This document shows, one piece after another, positions 26,123 to 38,236 of a stretch of 64,000 nt of DNA. Position 1 is the stretch's first letter, and the number at the start of each line of letters is the position of its first letter. The stretch is from Balanoglossus misakiensis (lineage: Eukaryota > Animalia > Hemichordata). Where the stretch lies: the NCBI GenBank assembly GCA_040954595.2, contig CM082590.2:9053764-9117763 (forward strand), read 5' to 3'. A program made the translations under genes and the position numbers. The notes under the pieces were generated by a model, which made no database searches, had not been told where the DNA came from, and saw nothing but the letters and a program-made list of their open reading frames with translations.

Positions 26123-28090
26123 ATGTTGAACATGACTGAACTCGATCCCATGCAAGTCACACTTCAAAGAACAGTCAGCCTAGAGTTTAGGCGTGATGTC
26201 AACACCAGGGCAGAGAGAAATGACAGATTTGTAAGACCCAGCTACGCAGAAAATCTGACACAAACAGGTAGGTATTTTGGTCTGTGATAATAAATCTGAA
26301 AAGCTATAAACCCAACAGGTAACATGACCTGAAAGTCAACACATATTTTTCAAGCACTGTTAAAGCTATTGTCTGTCTTATTTTTATTCTCAAGACATAT
26401 CAAAATATTGCTTCCCTCTGTGGCACCTGTCAAAAATCTTACATCTGCCCCCCCCCCCCCTCAGAAATGAAATGGTTCTCCCTTAATGTCCCTTGATTAC
26501 AGATTGCTGTCATCTCTGGGAGGAAATGAGACAAACGAACAGACTGGGAAATCTCACAGATTGTTTTGTGAATTCGACTCAAGATCTACTCACCCGTCTC
26601 CAAGACAACGCACTAAGCGACAAAGGTAAGTTCACCCTTAAGTGTAGAATTAATAGCTAGATAGGTAGTCTCTTCTGTTTGACTTCTCTTCAGAACGCGC
26701 ACCCACCCCAAGACATCTGTGATTGGTTAGATCACGCCTTCCCCGTGGTAACTGTTGGTGAATTTGCATAGGTGACTGCAGTGTGTACCTTTATGGTAAT
26801 TTTCATTATTTCGCAGAGAAAACTGTTGTATTATACTTCCTAATGGATATCGGAGCGATTGACATAAAAACCCCGGCCACTCTGCAAAGCGCTGCATTGC
26901 CTACGGGGATCGCGTTGAGTGACCCAGGAAACCGCGACAACCAAGGATTCTCCGAAGTTGACCGTCAACAACCGACACAAATGGACACACTGTCAGTCAG
27001 GGTCAAAACTGAACCTGAACACGATTCGTACCCAAATCCCTCAAGGAATGAAAACTCAGACACCCATTCCGTTGCCGACCCAACAAACGACAGCAGTTTA
27101 TTTGTTAAAGGTGAAAACAATAGAGATATGTGCACGTGCGTCAGTGTTCATGAAGAAAGGACATCCACTATTGAAAACGTGAATGCAGAGATATTCAACA
27201 CAGACGTTGCAAACTTCACCAACAATACTAACAGAGATGGTCTTCAGAGTTTAACCTTTCCAGACTTTGCACCAGATAGTTGCCAGGAGGAAGAACGTGC
27301 ACCTAATGTCAAAGTTGAAAGGTCAGAGTTCACAGGGGATACTAGTAATTCTGCTGGAAATTCCCTGTCAGATTGGTTCAGAGGTGAGAGTTCAGAGGTC
27401 AACATGAATGCTAATAATGTGTCAAATGAAAGATGGCAGGGCCAGCAACCGACAGAAGAAAACAATGGACAGAAAAAGACAGCCAGACCTAAACGTAAAA
27501 GGTCAAAGTTCAGTGGTGTTGGGGGTCAGAGGTCAGATGAAAGATTGCAAGACCAGCGACTAACGGGAGAAAATTCATCGGAGAGGACGGACAGTTCTCA
27601 ATATGCAGAAATAAGACTGCGTCGTCGGACTAGGAGAAACAGACAAATGCCTTTGCGTGTTCCGGAAGGTGAAGATAACACGGCAACCCACAGCGGAACG
27701 TCGCATTCCATGCCGGGGGTGACAGGGTACGTGGTGGCACACAAAAGATGCCTGATTTGCGACAAGAATTTGAGCAGTAAGACTCATCTGAAAGATCACA
27801 TGAATATTCATACCGGGGCCACGCCTTACCAGTGCGTGCATTGCGGACTCTGCTTCAAGAACTCGGGGTCTTTTTCCCATCACAAGTGGACACATTCCGA
27901 TGCCGGGCGCTTCCGTTGCCAGCATTGCAACCGGAAATTCTATCGCAGGGACCACTACCAGTGCCACGTCAAGAAGCACAGGCAGGAAAAAAATTGCTAC
28001 ACATGTTCGGTGTGCGGAAAGACTTTCTCGCAGAAATCCTCGATGACTAACCACAAGAGAACGCACGCGCGCGCTGGAGAGACCACATGA
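26123..28090 (+). CDS. ZNF-4: C2H2 zinc-finger protein (4 fingers) with the shared N-terminal domain
   Basis: Exons 26123 (or 26132)-26267, 26503-26625 (123 nt), 26817-28090. Exon 1 contains PMQVTLQRTVSLEF; exon 2 = DCCHLWEEMRQTNRLGNLTDCFVNSTQDLLTRLQDNALSDK; exon 3 starts EKTVVLYFLMDIGAI. Confidence 0.9.
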
Positions 28091-29498
28091 AACGTGGGAG
28101 GTGCTTAGATGACTTGACCCTTTCACCACCATGGTTTCGGCCAAATCCATTGTTTGTTTTGTTAAAGTTAGACCTGTGTACACAGAAATAGGGGTGAAAG
28201 TGTTAGAGAGACAATTTTTCACACTCCTACCCATTGATCATTCTTTGATCTAACTTTTCATTGTTTTCCATCAGCATCGGCTAATTTGCATAATATCATT
28301 AATTGTTATGATAAAACATGTCTGTTGTTTTCCCTCTAATTGTTCTATAGTTTATAATTACTTGAGTAGTATGTATTCGGTTGCAAGTCTAACTTTGCTT
28401 AGATGTGTTTAGCTTAAAAATAAAACTGAAATAACAACAGATGAAGTGAGTCTCTTATGATTGAGTGTGTTAATCTGATCAAGAGAAATTCATACTTTCT
28501 TGCAATATAAGTCAGGAAATTGGAAATCCTAATTAGTAAAATCACAACCTACACAATACACAGTAACTATTAAAAATACATTTTATTACCGTACCAATTT
28601 AAGATGCATAGCATATTACAATATATATATTCATCTGTATCAAATATTTAATCTCATAAAAATTGGTCAAATGCTGAAGAAATGAAATTACAAATACTAT
28701 CGAAATTCTTGATAAAACAACTCGTAACTGGTTAAATTATTGACAGTGAATTTACTGCAGGACATTTCTCAGCTATTTATCTTTGCATATTGAAAATAAT
28801 TTGTCTCAACATCGAGTACATTTATTGATGGTAAATCATGTACACTCACCTATGCATGAGTGAGTGAGTGAATCAGACTACATCTAAACATTGCCTTTCA
28901 CCAAACTATAAAACTTGTAAAATCTCATTTACTTTCAGATCTGTGTTATGCAGTACAAATCATGGAACCTATATATTAACACAGCCTGTGATCAAAGAAG
29001 AATGAATATGGCACCTTGGTTACCAGGTAAGACTGCTACAGGCAACAATTTTTTAACTTGGTTGTGTTTTTGGTGTAAAAGTTCACAAATCTATCTACAG
29101 ACAAAATTATGGTTGAAATACAAAACAAATATAGACAATCCTGTATACCATAAACATCTAAACCAACCATACCACTTTTCCTCAACCCTTTGAAGATCAC
29201 AATTTTTTCTGTCAATATGTTGGTGAAAAATTTCATCTTTTCACATTTTTCTGGAATTTGTTGTTTAATTTTGGATGAAATGGTCATAATTGTCCACTGT
29301 CTGCAGGTTTAAATCAGAATTTAAGAGTTGACATCAGTATTAAACTGTCATGTAATAACCTATACGACAACTAAAAATGTGACAAACACAAATTAAGTAA
29401 ACTGTGAACTGTTAACTATGAGTCCCTGGACTTTGTCCATAGGGACTGGAAAAGTTTGTAATGTCATTTTCATGACACAGACACTATTCTGTGTACTT

Positions 29499-32400
29499 TT
29501 ATACGGCAGTCATGTTGGTTGCTGAGTCTGTAACGTTTTCCATTGATGTTACGGAATCCGTAACATTTTCCTCAGGTATTACGGAATCAGTAACATTTTC
29601 CTCGGACAGTACGGCATCTGTAACATTTTCCTCAGATATTACCGGATCCATACTATTTTCCACATATGTTACTGAATCCGTAACATTTTCCTCAGATATT
29701 ACGGAATCTGTATCATTTTCCTCAGATAGTACGGCATCTGTAACATGTTCCTCAGATATTACCGGATCCATACCATTTTCCACATATGTTACTGAATCCG
29801 TAACATTTTCCAGGGATGTTATTCCGTGCACCTTCATGTGGCACTCCAGTTGGCTGTCGAGTCCGTACCGCTTGCCGCACACCGAGCACTTGAAGGGTTT
29901 GATGTCGGCGTGCTTTCTCATGTGCTTGTCGAGCCTGGCTTTGTGCTTGAAGCGATTGCCGCACAGTCGACACATGAAGGGTCTTCGTCCCTTGTGCACT
30001 CGCACGTGGTTGGCCAGGTACTGCTTCTGGCGGAAGCTCTTGCCGCAGTCGGGGCAGTCGAAGGGCCCCTCGTTGTAGAGGTGCACGTTCAGGTGCGACT
30101 TGTAGTTGGAGCTGCAGCTGAACGATTTGCCGCACTGATCGCAGGTGAAGGGCTTCTTGCGAAGATGAATGATGTTGATGTGCTGACTCAGCTGCGACTT
30201 CTGCGAACACTTCTTGATGCAGTACGGGCAAGAGTAAGGTTTCTCGCCGGTATGTACACGCTTGTGGAGCACCACATTATAGGGCCGGGTGAATTTCATG
30301 TCACAGAGATCGCAAGAGAACGGTTTCTCCCCCGTATGCATTCTCATGTGACCCCGAAGATTACTGCTCTGGCAAAAGCTCATATCGCATACTTTGCAAA
30401 CGTATGGTCTTTCTCCAGTATGGATCCTCATGTGTAGAACGAGGTTCTTGTTGTCACGGAAACCCTTCTCGCACACGTTACACTTATAAGGTCGTTCGCC
30501 CGTATGTCGTCTCACGTGAATGACAAGCTCGTGTTTATTCATGAACCGCTGACTGCAGTAGCTACATTCGAAAGGTTTCTCCCCGGTATGTATTCTCTTG
30601 TGGACTCTGAGCGCGTAGCTGTCGTCGAATCGCTTCCCACACTGATCGCACTGACAGCGTTTGATCCCAGCGTGCCTCTTCATGTGTTTCTTAAGTATCG
30701 CTATCGTTCGCAACTTTTTCCCGCATAATTTGCATTCGAATTTATTCCCAGGTGGATTCACCCAGTTGCTGCCTCTTGTCCTGGCTCTGTAGTTATTTGA
30801 ATAATCGTTGACGAGATCAAAGACCGGTTTCTTTTCTGGAGTCTTGTTTGTTTCGCCTACAGAACTCTGGACTTCAAATATATTTCTTATCTGTTCAGTT
30901 GCGCTCTTGGTCACCTCAAACATCTTTTTTATCGGATCGGTTGCGCTCCCGTCCCCCGAAACAGCGCCCTCTTCAGTCTTGTCAGCCACGCTTGCTGAAC
31001 ACGAACTTTCCGAGTCCATGTTTTGGGCGTTTATCGGGTCAAAGCCAATGTCGATGTAATCATCAAAGTCACTCGTGTCATCATAGCCGTCAAGGTCGGC
31101 AACGACATCGTAGTCGCTGTCATCGCTATCATCACAGTCTTCATCTTCCTCCTCATTATCATCATCGTCGTCATCATCATCTCCATCATCATCATCATCA
31201 TCACCATCATCATCGTCATTAGAACCATCACTTGTTTTTGCTTTTTTACTGTCCGCACCACCATCTTTATCTCGGCGATCAATCTCACCAGAATCACCTT
31301 CTGCTTGTCGGTCAGCACCCATGCCAAAATTCACGTATATCTCGTGGATGTCATCTGCAGAGTCACCACCGTCTGTTGTTTGTGGTTTGTCAGTTCTTCC
31401 ATCACCTGTAGCCGTAGATCTGGACACAGCACCACCAGTACCTTCATCATTTCTGCCATCGCCATTCTTTTGGCTTCTGTTTGACTTTTCGGGATTTTCA
31501 GAACGTGCAGCATCAGTCGGCGTGTAACCCTGAACAAAGATGACCTCCGGCACTGGACTGTCTCTGAGCGACATGAGAGTGCTCAGAATGTTGTCATGGT
31601 GACGGCCTTCATGTTTCACCGATCCCTCTGTTCCATTCACTGTATTCCCCTGTTCCATTCCGGAATCCTTCTCTCCACCATCCACTCCGGGCTCCGGCGA
31701 ACCTCGCGATCCGGAACTCTCGCACACAGCCATCCTGCTAACACCGGAATCGGGCAATTCCTGGCCGGAAACCAAGTCTAGAGTCTCGGCACATTTTCCA
31801 GTCGAAGTACAAACCCACAGATCCCCTGTGTCGTCGCTATCCTCAATTTCTTCTTTAATCTTTGTGATTATTTGACAACTGATTTGGTCTCTGTCACACG
31901 CCATGTCATCCTCTCGTTCCACTTTTACGGTAATCGCGCTGAAATCAATCTCCCCTATGGCATCACTGTTGCTGTCCCTGGGCCTGGGTCCATCATGGAC
32001 ATTGGTGATCCTGCTGGTTCCACTACCACCATTGCTGGCCCTGGGCCCATCACTAACACTACTGCTCCCAGGTCCACCACTGACACCCTCCGACAACTCA
32101 GCTCTTGCTTCACCTCCACCGCAAGGCAATCCATTCTCTTCACGTGAATTGCTAGAAACCCTCTCTTCCAAATCAGTCTTGTCTTCACTCCCACACTGCA
32201 CTGCTGTAGTCATGTTAACATTGATGACCCCACTCTCACACAGAAAGTTGACAATAGCTGATTTTTCTGTTGGAATAAAAACAAAAGAATTCCTGTATTA
32301 TACTGAAAGAAACGAACTTGGCACCTTTTCATATCACCTTATTTTTTTCGCATAAAGTAATGTTTTCAGGTTTGAATTAAATTGTAACCATTCTTTTGGT

Positions 32401-33804
32401 CAACTTATGTCATTATCGCAAATATTAACGCAAATATGATGTTCATATGAAAAGTAACAAACATTTTATTATTCAGCTGAGGAATGATCTATTGTATTCA
32501 TTTGGCTTTAAGTGTTCTGTTGGATGGAAGCAGTCACTACCATAGTGTATAATGGGAGGTTTATTATTTGAATACAATGGTAAGAGTAAAAGGTCATGAG
32601 TTAAAACCTTTGACATAGTTTTGTTCATATTAAAAAATACTTAATAAAAATTGTAATCACTTCATGAAAAATACTTAATTACTTATAAATAATTTCTACA
32701 GCTTGCAAAGTTATTTAAAAAGTTTCTTTTACACTGCAGTGATATGAAATCAAAACTTGGAAAATGATAAATACTTACCTTTTTCACTGAGTGAATCATC
32801 TGTGAGTCGAGTCGATAACTCTTGTGTTGTTTTCATGAAGCTTTTACCCAGCAGTGAGATTTTGTTGTTTTTCTTCACCTCTTCCCATACCTCACAGCAA
32901 TCTGCGACAAAAATTATCAGTAAAAAAATATTCAGCTATCTCCAAAGGTATTTATGGTGAATAGGGCAAGTTTGCTTTAGGATGGTTTGGATAGCAATGT
33001 TTTATGTTTGCTAACAAACAAGAGAAAAATTAACAAGCAAATGATACTAATTTATTATAATAATATGTGAACACTAATTTGAATAAATAAATAATAAGTA
33101 CTTCAAATGTTTATTTCACAATGAAGTGAACTGACAGATGTGTGACGTAGTGTACATTTCAGGAACATGTATGAAATCTACCGTTTGTGATTTTTAACCT
33201 TGTATTTCGCGCATAGCCTTGTGTAATTGTACAAATTATCGAAACTAAATGTGCTGGAATTTGGAATTCCCCTCTTTGACTTTGTGCGGGTGACAGTGAT
33301 ATACAAGAGTACCTTGACAGCCCGTTTAGTTAAATATTACTGTCAATTGGCAACCGTGGTATTTATAGATACTGCAGTCGTTCTGACAATGTGTGGGAGG
33401 GTATGTTCATGTTGACACAAGTCAGGAGAGATTTCAGGCTGCCAGTATCTGTAACCTTTGTACCTTCTTTCAAGTAATGTTGTAAAGTCTAAACCAGTCG
33501 ACCGGTCATTTTTTCGGGTTATAAAAACTGTCCAACACTGGCCCACCACTGCTTTCTTAAGGAGCTCGATGGCTTGAATTAATACAATGAAAGATTTACC
33601 TGAAGAACTTAACGTAGGATAATCCCTCATACCGTAACTGACAGGTGACCTTGACCTCATCTGAGGTTGAAATCTGTCTGTGACTCTACCAACAGCAGAC
33701 GACCGTACACTGCATGATTCAGGATCCCTGTTCTCCGCAGTTTTTGCAAAATCTACCTTGATCAACTTACTGACTGACAGAGATAAGTTGACTGAGTAAG
33801 CCAT
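29499..33804 (-). CDS. ZNF-5: C2H2 zinc-finger protein (11 fingers), shared N-terminal domain, poly-Asp tract, C-terminal decapeptide repeats
   Basis: Minus-strand exons 33804-33600, 32901-32779 (123 nt), 32266-29499. Exon 1 starts [19 protein letters not shown]; exon 2 = [41 protein letters not shown]; exon 3 starts [15 protein letters not shown]. Confidence 0.9.
29520..29811 (-). repeat. Coding 30-bp tandem repeat ([10 protein letters not shown]-like, ~10 units) with a 120-bp higher-order duplication
   Basis: ACCGGATCCATAC...CACATATGTTACTGAATCCGTAACATTTTC repeats at 29641 and 29761. The protein repeats ENVTDS/ENVTDA. Confidence 0.9.
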
Positions 33805-35321
33805 GGTGGTGAAAAGCGCTGAAATTTCACCAACCCAGCTGAGTTCCGGATCACCGCCAACTTCAGTGAAACGTTTCACCTTGTTTTCCAACAACTTCAC
33901 AAAACGCAATGCACAATGGGTCTTTCATAGATCTAAGCCTCCGTTGATGGCGTAGTAAGTCAAGCTGTTTCAAAGCAAACACATCAAAGTTTATATTTGA
34001 CATCATTTCATGATGATTTGCAATATTTGAAAGAGTCCATATTCACCGAAATTCCTGAGACAATTCCCTTTTGATTTTTGCGTGTTTATGTCTATTTTCT
34101 GTCCAAATCGATAAGAGATGACTATTATATTCATTTGGCAAGTTTTTACCTGATGGGCTTACCCATACTCGAGTATCCATGGCAACATATACATGTGTGA
34201 ATTATATAAACCGGAACTGTGCACAGTTACATGAGAAAACACAAAGCCACTACTATAACTAGAATTATTTATTCTTTATTTGAATTGATGAAAAACCATT
34301 GTTTACATGACAGTATCCGAATATTTGATTGAAAGCATGTACATTTACCCAATAGCCTTGACCTCTGGTGACCTTTAATGTGACCCCAGGTGACCTTACA
34401 GATGACAATCACTATGATAATTCTTGTAGAATAATCTTTGAGTAAACTCTTTCAACTTATATGTAATGACTAGCTTCAATTTTATTCTCAGTGAGGCAGT
34501 AATATAAATATGCAGAAATGTACATATTAGAGGACAGGTATTCATTGAGTTACCATAGCAACATATGATTTTCAATGAAATAGCAGTATATACAATATTC
34601 ATCTAGAAAAAAAGTATAAAACACCTCAATTAACAGTAGTACATATTTTCAAAACAATTCTATATTTTTAAATTCTATAACATTTTTTTCAAAATGGGTT
34701 TATACATGTTACCAAAGCAGCTGCAAAAATAATAAGAATACTTTATACCAATGTTACATGTTAATATTTTATACATAATGTTTCTTTAACATAAAATTTG
34801 ACGTAAGACTTTACTGCTGGAGAAGTGCTGTACATGTATTTGAAAATTCCTTTCCTATGCCATAGTTAGGAATGTGGATGGTTAATTAATATTCAGGGGG
34901 TGACACACCTAGAATTATTTACGCACATAGAGGTTAACTGCTGGACTGTTCAGAATATCTTACAACAAGATATGGGAGTCATACAACAGCGAAAAATTCT
35001 TGACAAATATTGTCAAATTTTAATTGTAACAGCTTTCTTAAAGAAGTCTGTGAGAATCATGATAAGTATGAAGATTTTGGTCAAATTTGAAAGTTCAGTT
35101 TTCCATTGCACTTTTGTGTTATGGCAGTGATGGAAACAAAAATGGCAGCTGGGTTCATACTCTCGAAGTTATTCAAAGTTTCCAGACTTTTCAGAAGTGA
35201 TTACAGTGATTTTCCAGGTCAAAAAGTCTTGTTTTACAGATGTGTATTTTTCTGCACTGAATTTCATTACCCTACAATTTTCCCAGATTTTTCCAGGAGT
35301 GTATGAACCCGGCCAAAGGAA

Positions 35322-37534
35322 CTAGTTCTTGTTCCGGGACATCAGCAGGACTGCTTTGATCGCCTGGTACAGGGTACTGATGACATTCTCGTAGTATAAA
35401 TTCACACATGGAATTTTCTCGTAGAGTATGTACGATCGCTTCAGGGGGTTTGCGATCGGACATTCGGTCATTCGCCCCAGGGTATCGCGAGCAATGTGAC
35501 ACCGCACCAGATACACACAAACTTGTTCCATCCGACCACCTGGCGAACACACAGTGTGTACGAACACCTGGTGAGCTGTTTTGTAGTATAGAGAACCGAA
35601 CGGGCTGTCCTTTGCAACCGCTAGTGCCTGGCTGGCCATCTGTGGCAAGATCTCTTCCGGGTCTGGGTGGCGCGTAAATACAGTATTCTGTGAAGACAAA
35701 GACGAATTTCATTATTACCCTTTCACCATAATGGTTTGATCCAATTGTATTGTTTTCTATGGCAAAGTAGACCTCTATAGAGCAAAACGGGGGTGAACAG
35801 GTTAATAACATATTTTGCTTTCAAGACTCTCATTTTTGCAAGGGACCAACCCATACTTTTCTATGTGGGAAGGTTCCATTACTTACATAAACAGAGCAAT
35901 CAATTGTTTGTTTCAACATTCAAATCTGTCTATATATCGTTGTAATACAAACCTGTGTGGATGTAGTCACTTGTACAATAGGGTCACCATTAGCACTGCA
36001 AACTTCTACATCACTTTGTAAGGTGACAATCTGACCACACACTGTAATGTAACGGGCCGTGGACTCTCGAATTCTGTCAAGAAAATAAAAACAGTAGATT
36101 TTAATAACACATTTAATATTAATAATTTATTTAAACAGACAAGTTTTCCCTGTAACTGTGAGTGTTCAGTTTTCTAAGAATGACTGAGAACTCTATTTTG
36201 GTATCAGCATTTATTTTGCAAGAAATCGGGGGAGGGTCAGCATTTTTCATGCATCCAGGTTTTGAATCGCACCCCCTCCCCATTAATTTTGACCATGCCC
36301 TAAGTGTGCAACATACTTGAGTGTCACCAGACAATCTGTTTCATACGATGCTGCATTGATGACGTCCACCACGAGATCGTCTAGACGACTTTCACAGAAT
36401 TTCCCGTTTGTGCACAGATTACAGACGTCCAGCCAAGTCAGTAATGCGCGCCTGTGAATCAGACACGGTTTGGCATCAGCCTTATTCACCAACTCCTACA
36501 TAAAAGACAAAAAAGATGATTGATGGTTTGAGTTTATCCTAGGCCAACTCATCAGGTCACATTTGTAACAGATCATTGAATTTGATTTAATACTTACATC
36601 TGAACTCACAGCATTCTTCAAAACATTGATATTGTCTGTCTCAAGATTATAGTTTGCTACAAACGACACCAGAAGTCGGAGGAAATCGTCTTCTTGTAAA
36701 TGTTGTCTGACTGTGAAAATGATTAAGAAAAACAAGGATGTTGATTTGCAAGTGACAGAGTTGTTTGTTGTTGTTGTTGTTGTTGTTGTATAGTACAGTT
36801 TCCCTGAGGTCTACTACCCATGATCAAATGAGATCTTAATCTATACTTTGGTATATTTGACAGTTTCAATGACCTCACATTACAAACACTGTCAAATCAA
36901 CAACGTTTCATGCATCTATAAGTAAACTACTCCACCTCTCCACTTCCGGAGAAGAGGGGCGTGACCTCAAATGTTTAGTAACAGACTTGAAATGTGACAA
37001 TGGTCGTGTACATTGCTTACCGGATGTAACTGTCTTCTGTTGACCTGCAGCTGCTGTTGCTCCTAACGCGAGCTCCCTAAGATCTTGAGTGCAGCCCTCA
37101 GATTCATCTTCTCTCGTATTCTGACACTGACTTCCTAGTTGAAAACTCTCATCCGAGAACAACCACTGGCAGACGATTCGACTACAGGACAATCCCTGTG
37201 GCATGTTAAACGGATGGCAGACAAAACGCAGTCTTTGAATGTGGTGGGTTTCCCAGTTCAGTGGTGTTGATGGGAATATCCTGTGCGGATGGCGGGTTGT
37301 GCTGCAGCTATCAGATTCCATACAAGTTCCTGTTTTATACTGTCGACATTCGATGGGCCGGGTGTTAGCTGGGAACGGCGGAGACATAGGAGACGGCTCG
37401 TTGTCGCCGTCATCTTCGCCGCCATCGTCGCTTACCGTCACCACGGCGGCTATCGGCACTATCTCCGGGATCTCTTCCGTTCCATCACCGCCTCCTCGAG
37501 CGCCGAATTCTTCTCCTGTCGTCAGTGTCGACAT
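35322..37534 (-). CDS. ~430-aa protein: N-terminal CCCH-like zinc finger plus a degenerate PD-(D/E)xK restriction-endonuclease-like domain
   Basis: Minus-strand exons 37534-37021, 36710-36598, 36495-36317, 36073-35953, 35687-35322 splice in frame (phases 1,0,2,0) with GT-AG boundaries. CRQYKTGTCMESDSCSTTRH (C-x7-C-x5-C-x4-H); ESRLDDLVVDVINAASY...ITVCGQIVTLQSDVEV...IVQVTT...DPEEILPQMASQALAVA. The gene structure is well supported; the fold is inferred. Confidence 0.75.
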
Positions 37535-37755
37535 TGATCGCGATGAAGAGTAAATACCCTGAACACAGCTAGCTTCGTTGCCTGGCCGACCTTTGACCTT
37601 AGAAGGGCATTTAAATCCAGCGCCCTCTGGTGTTCACACTTTGACCCAACATTCTGTGCGTTTTCCATCTTCTCCACATCGTACAGGAATAACAAAGGCT
37701 GATATTTTCCTGTCGAATATCAACCAAAGCTATCTGTATAGATCCTGTGCAAACT
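37535..37755. promoter_or_regulatory. Bidirectional promoter between the REase-like gene (-) and ZNF-6 (+), containing a CTCF-like motif
   Basis: Start codons are only ~220 bp apart, head-to-head. GCGCCCTCTGGTGT at 37620-37633 (reverse complement ACACCAGAGGGCGC, the CTCF core). Confidence 0.7.
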
Positions 37756-38201
37756 ATGATCCCGGGCGAGCACATCAGGCTATGTTTAGCGAGATCTGTG
37801 AGTTTAGTGTTTGCAAGGGAACGCGAGAAATCGCCGCTCCACACACCAGGTTCCGAAGCCTCACAAGATCAAAGGATAACTCCGTACGATTCCAATGTTT
37901 TGAGCTCCCAGGGTAGGTTTATTTATCGCTTACGGGTCGACGGTATAATATACTGCTCCTAAACCATGGTTCGGGGCTTGAGAATGGGGCCTTTGAAACT
38001 AGTAATCGTGGTATCAGTACTATCACAGGACTTCGATGTTGTGTGTTTGTGATGTACATTTCATGGTGGTGTTGCCAGGTTGATCTGTATATGGGTGCAC
38101 TGTGTACATCGTGCTTGTAAATTTCACTGAAATTTGTCACAAGTGCTGTCTCGTTTTGGTCAGTTTCCATAGTGATCGGCCTTCGGGCTTTGTGTTACAA
38201 T

Positions 38202-38236
<35 letters not shown>

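Noticed and set aside
30848-31484. Poly-His, poly-Ile and poly-Met ORFs
   Set aside because: Alternative frames of the (GAT)n poly-Asp tract in ZNF-5.
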